Of a stretch of 64,000 nt of DNA, positions 46,628 through 55,056 are shown in pieces. The notes below the pieces were generated by a model, which searched no databases, was not told the DNA's origin, and saw only the letters and a list, made by a program, of their open reading frames with translations. Source of the stretch: an uncultured Acidobacteriota bacterium (lineage in GTDB: Bacteria > Acidobacteriota > Blastocatellia > Pyrinomonadales > Pyrinomonadaceae); assembly GCA_963791265.1 (NCBI GenBank), contig CAWBSB010000014.1:42837-106836 (forward strand). Reading direction: 5' to 3'. The position numbers and the translations under genes are program-made. Position 1 is the first letter of the stretch. Each line of letters begins with the position of its first letter.

Positions 46628-47494
46628 ATGCGAATGTCACATGCCAGAGGTGCGCTGCTTCTTTTGTTGCTCTTTGCATGGAGCGCGAGCGCGCAGCAGC
46701 GCCCGCTGCTGACGGAAGACGTGGACATCATTCCGCCGGGCACGCTCAGAATCGAGGCAGGCATTGATTTCGTGCAGAACGCGAAGTTTCCGCTGTCGGG
46801 TTTGACGGGCGATTTGACGCGCGTCGGCGTCATCGGCATCAACGTCGGACTCTCGCCAAACGTCGAGTTTCAGATTGACGGCGTGGTGCAGAATGTCTTG
46901 AGCGTCAACTCCATAACGGTGCCGTCGCCGATTCCGCTCGAACTCGGAGCAAGCTCGGGTTCGACCAACGACACGGGCGATTTCACGCTTTCGACCAAGA
47001 TCAAGCTCCGCAATGAGACGCGTCATGGCCCCAGTTTGGGCTTCCGCTTCGGCGTGCAACTTCCCAACTCGAACGAGGCGCGCGGCGTCGGCCTCAATCA
47101 GATTAATGCTTACGGCACGGTGCTCATCGGTAAAAAGTTTGGACGCGACGGGCGCGTCAACACGTTCGGCAATCTGGGTCTGGGAATCCTGACCGCGCCG
47201 CTCGAACGCTTCACGCAGAACGATGTCCTGCTCTACGGCATTGCCAGCATCATTCGCATTAATAAACACATCAGCTTCGCTGGCGAGATCAACGGGCGTG
47301 CCAGCACGCGCAGAGGCACCGCGCCGCTCGGCACAGAGTCCCTCTCAGAAGCGCGTCTGGGCATGCAGATTAAGGCCGCCGGGCTGCGCTTCGATTTCGC
47401 AGGCATCGCCGGTCTAACAGATTTCAGCCCCCGCTCAGGCGTCACCTTCGGCGTCACTTACGACACGCCCGTCGTTTTCGCCCCAGTGAAATAG
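46628..47494 (+). CDS. putative outer-membrane beta-barrel protein
   Basis: Signal peptide (LLLLLLFAWSASAQQ), alternating beta-strand pattern and a C-terminal aromatic-rich end (GVTFGVTYDTPVVFAPVK). Confidence 0.55.
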   Translation: MRMSHARGALLLLLLFAWSASAQQRPLLTEDVDIIPPGTLRIEAGIDFVQNAKFPLSGLTGDLTRVGVIGINVGLSPNVEFQIDGVVQNVLSVNSITVPSPIPLELGASSGSTNDTGDFTLSTKIKLRNETRHGPSLGFRFGVQLPNSNEARGVGLNQINAYGTVLIGKKFGRDGRVNTFGNLGLGILTAPLERFTQNDVLLYGIASIIRINKHISFAGEINGRASTRRGTAPLGTESLSEARLGMQIKAAGLRFDFAGIAGLTDFSPRSGVTFGVTYDTPVVFAPVK

Positions 47495-47498
47495 AGCA

Positions 47499-47568
47499 GT
47501 GATAGGTGATAGGTGATGGATGATAAGAGAAGGCGTTTTCCTATCACCTATCACTTATCACCTATCAC
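47499..47568. repeat. heptamer-repeat hairpin, family A
   Basis: gtgatag gtgatag gtgatgg atgataa gagaa ... cctatca cctatca cttatca cctatcac. Fills the interval from the stop (47492-94) to the ATG (47576). Confidence 0.9.
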
Positions 47569-47575
47569 TTGAATT

Positions 47576-48259
47576 ATGTTTGACTGGCTGCATTCCGCTC
47601 TTTACTGGCTAAATCAAACGTTCGGCGCTGTCGTTCAGTGGCTCGAACAGTTTGTTATCGGCGTGCCGATTTACGTTGCCGGGCCTTCGATGGTGATTAT
47701 CGGCGCGCTCGATTCTTCGCTGCTCTCGCTTCCCGAAATCAACGACTATCTGGTGGTGATGAGGTGCGCCAACGCGCCCTACGAGGTCTTTTACTTTCCG
47801 CTGTTCGCTGCCGCAGGGTCTGTGCTTGGGTGTCTGTTGCTTTACACGATCATCAGGCGCGGCGGGCAGGCGGTGCTGCGTAAGCGTTTTCGCGCCGAAC
47901 ATCTTGAGCGGGTCGAGCGAACCTACGCCCGCTTCGGCTTTCTGGCGCTGGCTGTTCCGGCACTTCTGCCGCCGCCGATGCCTTTCAAAATCTTTGTGGC
48001 GACCGCGGGCGCGCTCGAATACCCGCGCTGGCGATTCATCATCACCATCATGATCGCGCGTTCGCTCAGGTATTACATCGAAGGAACGCTCGCGGTTTTT
48101 TACGGGAAAACGGTGCTGGATTTTATCAAGAACTACGGCTTCATTATCTTAGCCATCGTCATCGGCGTTTGTCTCGTCGGTCTCATTACCTATTTAATTC
48201 TCCAGCGCAGGCAGAAGAACGTCGTGAGCGACACTGCTTCGGAAACAATGTTGGATTAG
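47576..48259 (+). CDS. DedA/YqaA (VTT-domain) family membrane protein, paralog 1
   Basis: Multi-TM. The LPPPMPFKIFVATAG motif is shared with the next gene. Confidence 0.7.
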   Translation: MFDWLHSALYWLNQTFGAVVQWLEQFVIGVPIYVAGPSMVIIGALDSSLLSLPEINDYLVVMRCANAPYEVFYFPLFAAAGSVLGCLLLYTIIRRGGQAVLRKRFRAEHLERVERTYARFGFLALAVPALLPPPMPFKIFVATAGALEYPRWRFIITIMIARSLRYYIEGTLAVFYGKTVLDFIKNYGFIILAIVIGVCLVGLITYLILQRRQKNVVSDTASETMLD

Positions 48260-48294
48260 TCTATTTCGTCGGCGGAAGGAATTGATAATTAGTT

Positions 48295-48906
48295 TTGAAT
48301 TGGCTCTGGGACAAGATTATAAACGGTCTGACGCACGTCAAAGATTTTTTACTCGCTTATGGCCCGTTCGGGTTGTTCGCCATCGCGCTGCTGGATTCGG
48401 CCTTGATTCCTTTGCCCGGCGGGGCCGATGTCGTGATGATTCTGCTGACGATTCAGCATCCTTCGTGGATGGTGATCTACGCGGCGGCAGCCACCTTGGG
48501 TTCGGTCGCCGGGTGCGTGATTCTCTATTACATTTCCCGCAAAGCCGGACGCCGTGCCCTCGAACGCTTTTCCGAAAGTAAGCAGGCGCGCGTCAAAGGT
48601 TTGATTGATCGTTACGATGTGCTCTCGGTTCTCGTCGCCTCAATTCTGCCTCCGCCCTTTCCCTTCAAGTTGTTTGTTATTAGCAGCGGCGTCTTCGGGC
48701 TAAACATTGTGCGCTTCGCCATCGCCATCGCGGTTGGGCGTGCCGTTCGTTTCCTCCTGGAAGGTTATCTGGCGGTGCACTACGGCGATCAAGCGGACGT
48801 TTTATTCAAACTCTATTTCCCCTGGATTGGCCTGGGGCTGGCCTTACTCATTATTCTGATTTTTGTCGGGCGGAAATTGTGGCGTAAAAGGGCAAAGGCA
48901 GTATGA
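48295..48906 (+). CDS. DedA/YqaA (VTT-domain) family membrane protein, paralog 2
   Basis: TTG start. LPPPFPFKLFVISSG and GRAVRFLLEGYLAVHYG parallel paralog 1. Confidence 0.7.
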   Translation: MNWLWDKIINGLTHVKDFLLAYGPFGLFAIALLDSALIPLPGGADVVMILLTIQHPSWMVIYAAAATLGSVAGCVILYYISRKAGRRALERFSESKQARVKGLIDRYDVLSVLVASILPPPFPFKLFVISSGVFGLNIVRFAIAIAVGRAVRFLLEGYLAVHYGDQADVLFKLYFPWIGLGLALLIILIFVGRKLWRKRAKAV

Positions 48907-48907
48907 A

Positions 48908-48982
48908 GTGATAGGTGATGGGTGATACGTGATAAGACAGAACGCGTTTTTCTCTTATCACCTATCACCTATTACCTATCAC
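48908..48982. repeat. heptamer-repeat hairpin, family A (between convergent genes)
   Basis: gtgatag gtgatgg gtgatac gtgataa gacag ... cttatca cctatca cctatta cctatcac. Confidence 0.9.
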
Positions 48983-48986
48983 TTCT

Positions 48987-49811
48987 TTAACAATCGCCGT
49001 TCGGGTTGAAGCTGAAGAGGCGCGCTCCGGCCACATCGCGGACGCCGTGCTGGTTGAGACGGTCGAGCATTCGCAGGAAGATTTCGGCGGTGGCGAGCGC
49101 GTCGTCTGCCGCGCGATGACGGTTGAGAATCTGGATTTCAAAATGCTCCGCGACCGTATGCAGCCTGTAATTGAGCAGCCCCGGAAAGATGCGGCGCGAG
49201 AGCTTGACCGTGCAGAGGTGCGTGTTAATCATCCTTCGTCCGGGAAAGACGCGCGAAATCTCGTGATTCAAAAAGCGCACGTCGAAGGGCGAGTTGTGCG
49301 CGACCAGCACCGATTCATCGGCGAAGTCGAGCCAGTCATGCGCCACGTCCGCGAAGATGGGCGCGTCTTTGACCATCTCGTTCGTGATTCCTGTGAGTTG
49401 AACGATGAAGGGTGGAATGATTGTTTCCGGGTTGACCAGCGTCTGGAACTCGGCGACGATACGTCCCCGGCTGACGCGATAAGCTCCAATCTCCGTGACG
49501 CGACCGGGCGGCGTCTTCGCTCCCGTCGTTTCAACGTCAACGACTACGAAGTCCGTCTCAAAGAGTTGGCGTGCTTCGACGTTTTCACAATCGAGTTCGA
49601 TGATTGAATTTTCTCGAAGCTGTAGACGATGATCGTCCTTGATGAGATCGGCGACGAGCAGGGCCGCAAACTCTGCTTCAAGATCGGGAAGTTTGAGCAC
49701 GAGGTCGGCGATGTCTGCGGCAGGAGCACGCCCGCCGCACACGCGCAGCATCTCGATAGTCTCCTGCACGAGAACGGAATTGGAAACCAGATTGCGCCGC
49801 TGCAAAAGCAT
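48987..49811 (-). CDS. DnaQ-like 3'-5' exonuclease domain protein
   Basis: DEDD exo motifs (FVVVDVETTGAK, VAHNSPFDVRFL, HRAADDALAT). ATG at 49811 chosen because the longer ORF would overlap pyrE. Confidence 0.8.
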   Translation of the reverse strand: MLLQRRNLVSNSVLVQETIEMLRVCGGRAPAADIADLVLKLPDLEAEFAALLVADLIKDDHRLQLRENSIIELDCENVEARQLFETDFVVVDVETTGAKTPPGRVTEIGAYRVSRGRIVAEFQTLVNPETIIPPFIVQLTGITNEMVKDAPIFADVAHDWLDFADESVLVAHNSPFDVRFLNHEISRVFPGRRMINTHLCTVKLSRRIFPGLLNYRLHTVAEHFEIQILNRHRAADDALATAEIFLRMLDRLNQHGVRDVAGARLFSFNPNGDC

Positions 49812-49863
49812 CGCGTGACATTGTAGCGCGCACCGTGCAAGTTTTGGAAATGAGGTAACGATT

Positions 49864-50436
49864 TTGCGAGCCGAAGAAGTCATCGAAAGATTCAGGCGAA
49901 CGGGCGCGTTGCTCGAAGGCCACTTTGTTTTGTCGAGCGGATTGCACAGCACAAACTATTTGCAGTGCGCGCTGCTGCTGCAACATCCGGCGGAAGCCAC
50001 GCGGTTCGGCAGCGCCCTTGCCGAACAATTCCGCGATGAAAGAATCGAGACAGTCGCCGCGCCCGCGATTGGTGGATTGATAATTGGCTACGAAGTCGCA
50101 CGCTCGCTCGGCGCGCGATTCATCTGGACCGAGCGCGACGCTGGCCAGATGACACTGCGTCGCGGCTTCACCGTCCGCTCAGGCGAGAGCGTGCTTGTCG
50201 TCGAAGATGTCATCACTACGGGAGGCTCTACGCGCGAGACGGTCGAAACACTACGCAATGCCGGTGCACGAGTCGTCGGCGCGGCTTCCATCATTGATCG
50301 TTCTTCGGGGCGCGCGGATGTCGGCGTCCCGCGCGTCGCCCTCGCCACTCTGGATGTGCCTGCGGTCGCCCCCGCCGCCTGCGAAGCCTGCGCGCGCGGC
50401 GAAGAGGCCATCAAACCGGGAAGCAGGAAGCCGTGA
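49864..50436 (+). CDS. pyrE: orotate phosphoribosyltransferase
   Basis: LLEGHFVLSSGLHS and the PRPP motif VLVVEDVITTGGSTRET. TTG start. Confidence 0.9.
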   Translation: MRAEEVIERFRRTGALLEGHFVLSSGLHSTNYLQCALLLQHPAEATRFGSALAEQFRDERIETVAAPAIGGLIIGYEVARSLGARFIWTERDAGQMTLRRGFTVRSGESVLVVEDVITTGGSTRETVETLRNAGARVVGAASIIDRSSGRADVGVPRVALATLDVPAVAPAACEACARGEEAIKPGSRKP

Positions 50437-50505
50437 TGGGTGATGGGTGATAGGTGATAAGAGAAACGCTTTTACCTATCACCTATCACCTATCACCTAT
50501 TACCT
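50433..50505. repeat. heptamer-repeat hairpin, family A
   Basis: gtgatgg gtgatgg gtgatag gtgataa gagaaac ... cctatca cctatca cctatca cctatta cct. The pyrE TGA (50434-36) lies inside the left arm. The truA ATG (50506) is the next base after the right arm. Confidence 0.92.
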
Positions 50506-51264
50506 ATGAATTATAAGTTGACGCTTCAGTACGACGGCACGGATTTTCATGGCTGGCAGGTGCAGGGTGCGGAGCGCACGGTGCAGGGCGAGTTGGCGCG
50601 TGTGCTGACGCTGCTTGAGGGAAGCGCGGTTGTGGTGCATGGGTCGGGGCGGACGGATGCGGGCGTTCATGCAGAGGGGCAGGTGGCGAGCGTGCAGCTT
50701 AATCGTGAGTTCGCGCCCGATAAGCTGCTGAGCGCGATTAACGGAAATCTGCCGCGCGATGTGCGCGTCATAGAGGCTGCGATAGTTCCCGATGATTTTC
50801 ATGCTCGTTATTCGGCGCGTGGAAAATCTTACGTCTATAGAATCTTCAATGCGCCCGTCATGTCGCCCTTCTGGAGTCGTTATGCGTTGCACGAAGCGCG
50901 GCGGCTGGACATCGAACGCATGCGAAAGGCCGCACGGCTCTTTCTGGGCGAGCATGATTGGACTGCCTTTTCTGCGGCGCAGTCGGACACAAAGACGCGC
51001 GTCAGAACTATCACCGGCCTTGAAGTGACGGAGTTGATGGACGAACGAGGGCGCGGGCGGCTCATTGAAATCAGGCCAAGCGCCGACGGATTCCTGCGCT
51101 ACATGGTGCGCTCCATCGCGGGCACGCTGCTCAGCATCGGTCGCGGGGAAATGAAAGAGGAACTCATCACGCGCGCGATAAACACCCGCGACCGCTCGCT
51201 CGTCGGCGCGACCGCCCCCGCACACGGCCTGACACTGGTCAGCGTAGATTACGAAGAGCAGTGA
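50506..51264 (+). CDS. truA: tRNA pseudouridine(38-40) synthase
   Basis: LQYDGTDFHGWQVQ and GSGRTDAGVHA (catalytic Asp). Confidence 0.92.
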   Translation: MNYKLTLQYDGTDFHGWQVQGAERTVQGELARVLTLLEGSAVVVHGSGRTDAGVHAEGQVASVQLNREFAPDKLLSAINGNLPRDVRVIEAAIVPDDFHARYSARGKSYVYRIFNAPVMSPFWSRYALHEARRLDIERMRKAARLFLGEHDWTAFSAAQSDTKTRVRTITGLEVTELMDERGRGRLIEIRPSADGFLRYMVRSIAGTLLSIGRGEMKEELITRAINTRDRSLVGATAPAHGLTLVSVDYEEQ

Positions 51265-51296
51265 TAGGTGATGGGTGATAGGTGATAAGAGAAAAC
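51261..51296. repeat. family A heptamer array, left arm, separated from its partner by an inserted element
   Basis: gtgatag gtgatgg gtgatag gtgataa gagaaaac. The truA TGA (51262-64) lies inside it. Confidence 0.85.
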
Positions 51297-51520
51297 AGTT
51301 CTTTCTGTCCCGTCAGGGACATTTGATGATAGCCCAGCCATTCATGGCTGGGTAACAGAACGGTAGAGATGATTAAGTCCCGTAGGGACGACCGAAGGGA
51401 AGCGAGCCTCTGTTCAGTCGTCCCTACGGGATTCAACCTATAAAACCACGTTTGATTCCCAGCAATAAATTGCTGGGCTATTGTCAGCCGTCCCTGACGG
51501 GACTTTTCGATCAGCTTCTA
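51297..51520. repeat. nested-palindrome element, main family (copy 5), inserted inside a family A hairpin
   Basis: gtcccgtcagggac, cccagccattcatggctggg, aagtcccgtagggacg...cgtccctacgggatt, cccagcaataaattgctggg, gtccctgacgggac and a tcgatcagcttcta terminus. Confidence 0.9.
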
Positions 51521-51522
51521 AA

Positions 51523-51599
51523 TGGTAGGTAATGAGAGAAACGCTCGTTCCTATCACCCATCACTTATCACCTATCACCTATCACCCATCACCCATCAC
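51523..51599. repeat. family A hairpin remainder (degenerate left arm plus long right arm)
   Basis: tggtaggtaatgagagaaacgctcgtt then cctatca cccatca cttatca cctatca cctatca cccatca cccatcac. Confidence 0.85.
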
Positions 51600-51685
51600 T
51601 GCTTTTCCGTTTGCGTTGCAGCGTATGCGGAGATTAAGATTCAGCGGCTGACGTTAAAGTAAATCAGAGACGTGGAAGAATTGCG

Positions 51686-52477
51686 ATGCTCGCGGATTTC
51701 GCAACAGTTATAAAGAAGGGAACGCGCGACGAGACGTTGCTGGCGAGCATCGTCTGGGATCGTCTGCCGCGTCATGTGGCTGTCATCATGGACGGCAACG
51801 GGCGCTGGGCGGCGCTTCGCGGGCAGCCTCGCATCGCAGGCCATCGAGCGGGCGTTGAAGCCGTTCGCGCCACAGTTGATACAGGCGCGCGCCTTGGCCT
51901 TCAGGCGCTCACGCTCTACGCTTTCTCGACAGAGAATTGGAAGCGCCCGCGTCTTGAAGTTGACGCTTTGATGCGTATGCTGAGGCGTTACATTCGCCTC
52001 GAAATAGACGAGATTGACCGGCAGAACATACGCTTTCAGGCCATCGGGCGTACCGACTCGCTCGCGGTAAACGTGCGACGCGAAATTGATAGAGCGACCG
52101 AGCGAACATCCGGTAATACCGGCATGGTCTTGAGCGTCGCTTTGAATTACGGCGGGCGGGCAGAGATTGTTGACGCCGTGCGCGCCGCCATGCAGCGCCT
52201 CCTGGCCGAAGGGAAAAGCGCAGACGAGTTGACGGAGGAGAGCATTGAGCGTGAGCTTTATACACGCGGCTTGCCGGAGCTTGATCTATTAGTTCGCACC
52301 AGCGGCGAGATGCGTCTCTCAAACTTCCTGCTCTGGCAAACAGCCTACAGCGAGATTTATGTGACCGAAACTCTCTGGCCGGATTTTCGCCGCACACAAC
52401 TCCTTGAAGCCATCCTTGATTTCCAGCGGCGCGACCGTCGCTTTGGCGGCCTCAAGCTGGTAGCAAATGCGAAATGA
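51686..52477 (+). CDS. uppS: di-trans,poly-cis-undecaprenyl-diphosphate synthase (isoprenyl transferase)
   Basis: HVAVIMDGNGRWA, FSTENWKRP and RTSGEMRLSNFLLWQ. Confidence 0.92.
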   Translation: MLADFATVIKKGTRDETLLASIVWDRLPRHVAVIMDGNGRWAALRGQPRIAGHRAGVEAVRATVDTGARLGLQALTLYAFSTENWKRPRLEVDALMRMLRRYIRLEIDEIDRQNIRFQAIGRTDSLAVNVRREIDRATERTSGNTGMVLSVALNYGGRAEIVDAVRAAMQRLLAEGKSADELTEESIERELYTRGLPELDLLVRTSGEMRLSNFLLWQTAYSEIYVTETLWPDFRRTQLLEAILDFQRRDRRFGGLKLVANAK

Positions 52478-52484
52478 ATAAGGA

Positions 52485-52562
52485 GTGATAGGTGATGGGT
52501 GATAGGTGATAAGAGAAACGCTTTTTCTTATCACCTACCACCTATCACCTATCACCTATCAC
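52485..52562. repeat. heptamer-repeat hairpin, family A
   Basis: gtgatag gtgatgg gtgatag gtgataa gagaaac ... cttatca cctacca cctatca cctatca cctatcac. Lies between the uppS stop (52475-77) and the cdsA ATG (52567). Confidence 0.92.
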
Positions 52563-52566
52563 TCGA

Positions 52567-53385
52567 ATGTCTCGAATCATCACCGCGCTCATCGTCCTTC
52601 CGGTTCTCATCGCTTCAATCTTGATTTCATGGCTCGCGCCTTTGTTTGTGGCGCTGGCGCTCTCGGCGATGGTGCTGGGGCTATACGAGTTCTGGCTGCT
52701 GGCGAAGCGGCGTGGGATTAAGCCGGATGTGGTCGTCGGGTTTGCGGGTGCGGCGGCGCTGTTTACAATCTTCTATTTCGACAGGCCGTCGGAAGCACCT
52801 TTCTTGTTATTACTCATCCTGCCCGCGTTGACGATTGCTGCTCTGGCGGCGGCGATGCTGCGCGGCGCTCCCTTCGACAATATGATTGCGTCGGTGGGGG
52901 CGACCGTGCTGGGCGTGATGTACGTCGCCTTTCTCGGCGGTCATCTCATCGCCGTGCGAATGGGTTTTACGCAACAGCGCGCGGCGCACATGCTGGGTTT
53001 TTTCTTCCTCGTCATCATGGGGTCTGACACGGGAGCTTATTACACTGGCCGCGCCTTTGGTCGGCACAAGCTCGCGCCTAAGATAAGTCCGGGGAAGACG
53101 TGGGAGGGCGCAGTCGGAGGCATGCTAGCGAGTTTGTTGATGGGAGGAATCGCGCACTACTGGTTCTTCCCCGAATTGCCATTAAAGCTGGCGCTTCCGC
53201 TCGCGGCGCTGATGAATATTCTGGGCGTGCTCGGAGATTTAACGGAAAGCGCACTAAAACGTGGTGCGGGCGCGAAAGATGCGGCGCAGATTCTCCCCGG
53301 ACACGGCGGCCTGCTCGACCGCCTCGATAGCTTGCTCTTCAACGCACCCGTCCTCTACTATTTTGGACGACTGTATTTTGGATAA
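52567..53385 (+). CDS. cdsA: phosphatidate cytidylyltransferase
   Basis: SDTGAYYTGRAFGRHKLAPKISPGKTWEG signature. Multi-TM. Confidence 0.92.
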   Translation: MSRIITALIVLPVLIASILISWLAPLFVALALSAMVLGLYEFWLLAKRRGIKPDVVVGFAGAAALFTIFYFDRPSEAPFLLLLILPALTIAALAAAMLRGAPFDNMIASVGATVLGVMYVAFLGGHLIAVRMGFTQQRAAHMLGFFFLVIMGSDTGAYYTGRAFGRHKLAPKISPGKTWEGAVGGMLASLLMGGIAHYWFFPELPLKLALPLAALMNILGVLGDLTESALKRGAGAKDAAQILPGHGGLLDRLDSLLFNAPVLYYFGRLYFG

Positions 53386-53483
53386 GTGGTCAGTTAAAAG
53401 AAAAACTTTTATTGTCTCGGAGTCTAATTCCAGCACCGCCGAGCGCCACCGGTTCTTAACTGACCACTGACCACCGACCACTG
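53386..53483. repeat. heptamer-repeat hairpin, family B (short left arm, larger loop)
   Basis: gtggtcagttaaaag ... cttaac tgaccac tgaccac cgaccac tg. The cdsA TAA (53383-85) abuts it, and the dxr ATG (53487) follows 3 nt later. Confidence 0.85.
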
Positions 53484-53486
53484 ATT

Positions 53487-54680
53487 ATGAAAGGTATCGC
53501 CATACTCGGCTCGACCGGCTCAATCGGGCGCAACACTTTGCGCGTGGTTGAGTCTTTTGGCGAAGGAGAGTTTCGCGTCGTCGCGCTGGGCGCAGGGCGC
53601 AACGTAGGATTGTTGGCCGAGCAGGTGGCGCGGCATCTTCCTGAGCTTGTCTCTGTTGAGACGGAAGAGTACGCGCGGCAGCTTCGCACCAAATTGTTCG
53701 AGCGTGATGTGGATTTGCCGCGCATCGTCGTCGGTGAAGAGGGGTTGGTTGAAATCGCCACGCACGCCGAGGCCGAGATAATCGTCAGCGCAACTGTCGG
53801 CGCAGTTGGGTTCGTCCCGACCTTGCGTGCGCTCGAAGCGGGGAAGCGTGTGGCGCTCGCCAACAAAGAGACGCTCGTGATGGCGGGTGAGTTGATGACG
53901 CGCGTTGCTGCCAGGTCAGGCGCAGAGATTCTGCCGGTTGATTCCGAGCACAACGCGCTGCACCAGTGTTTGAAGGGCGAGAAGCGCGAGGATGTGCGCC
54001 GTCTGGTGCTGACGGCATCGGGCGGGCCGTTTCGCACGAAGAGCGCAGGCGAGATGGAGACGGCGACCGTCAGCGAGGCGATGCGTCATCCGACGTGGCA
54101 GATGGGCGCGAAGATCACGATTGATTCGGCGACGCTGATGAACAAGGGATTTGAAGTTATCGAAGCCCGCTGGCTCTTCGGCTTCGGGGCGGACGAGATA
54201 GACATCCTCGTTCATCCTGAGTCGGTTGTTCATTCGATGATCGAGCTGGTTGACGGCTCTGTTATCGCGCAGATGGGCGTCACGGACATGCGCCACGCGA
54301 TTCAGTACGCGCTGACCTATCCGGCGCGTTATCCTTGCGGACTGCCGCCGCTCGATTTAACACAGCTCTCGACGCTCCATTTTGAAGCGCCCGACATGGA
54401 GCGTTTCCCCTGCATCGCGCTTGCTTACCGCGCATTGCGCGAGGGCGGGACGCTTGCCGCCGCGATGAATGCCGCGAACGAAGAGGCCGTCCATGCTTTT
54501 CTAAACGAGCGGATTTCCCTGACGGATATTCCGCGCGTCATCGAAGAAGTGATGGACGGGCACAAGACGGAACCCGTTGAAAATCTGGAAGTCGTGCTTG
54601 AGACTGACGGCGCTGCGCGGCTGGCGGCGGCGGCAGTAATCGAACGCCTCGCGCGGACGACGAATGTGGCAGCAGGATAG
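53487..54680 (+). CDS. dxr: 1-deoxy-D-xylulose 5-phosphate reductoisomerase
   Basis: ILGSTGSIGRNTL, LANKETLV, DSEHNA and HPTWQMG. Confidence 0.93.
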   Translation: MKGIAILGSTGSIGRNTLRVVESFGEGEFRVVALGAGRNVGLLAEQVARHLPELVSVETEEYARQLRTKLFERDVDLPRIVVGEEGLVEIATHAEAEIIVSATVGAVGFVPTLRALEAGKRVALANKETLVMAGELMTRVAARSGAEILPVDSEHNALHQCLKGEKREDVRRLVLTASGGPFRTKSAGEMETATVSEAMRHPTWQMGAKITIDSATLMNKGFEVIEARWLFGFGADEIDILVHPESVVHSMIELVDGSVIAQMGVTDMRHAIQYALTYPARYPCGLPPLDLTQLSTLHFEAPDMERFPCIALAYRALREGGTLAAAMNAANEEAVHAFLNERISLTDIPRVIEEVMDGHKTEPVENLEVVLETDGAARLAAAAVIERLARTTNVAAG

Positions 54681-54713
54681 AAATGCAAAATGAAAAATGA
54701 AAAATGCAAAATT
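54681..54713. repeat. heptamer tandem array AAATGMA x4-5
   Basis: aaatgca aaatgaa aaatgaa aaatgca aaattg, directly after the dxr stop. Confidence 0.85.
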
Positions 54714-54770
54714 GTGGCGGAGAACCATATTTGATTAACCTTAGTTCGGCATCAAAAGAATGGCCTCCAC

Positions 54771-54912
54771 CAGCCCCGGAGGGGCGACAGAAATTCAAGA
54801 TACGTTGTAACGCATATTGGACTTCTGTCGCCCCTTCGGGGCTCGATAATGATGTTTGTGCTGTGACCCCGGGCTAGCGCCCGGGGCTACAGTCTGCCGC
54901 CCCTGACGGGGC
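54771..54912. repeat. nested-palindrome element, partial variant (centre plus right arm)
   Basis: cagccccggaggggcgacagaa ... ttctgtcgccccttcggggct, ccccgggctagcgcccgggg and gcccctgacggggc. Confidence 0.75.
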
Positions 54913-54974
54913 TATTGCCTTTTGCCTTTTTACTTTTTACTTGTTCCCTTTTGCCTTGTTCGCCTTTGCCTTGT
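54913..54974. repeat. T-rich heptamer tandem array (TTTGCCT / TTTTACT)
   Basis: attgcct tttgcct ttttact ttttact tgttccc ttttgcc ttgttcg cctttgc cttg. Resembles the right arm of the 28942-29030 hairpin. Confidence 0.8.
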
Positions 54975-55056
54975 AAACTTGAAGACAACCGCGCACGAGA
55001 ATCATGGCTCTAAGCTCGGGGTTATGTATCGCAGTTAATTTGAGAGGCTTTTATTT

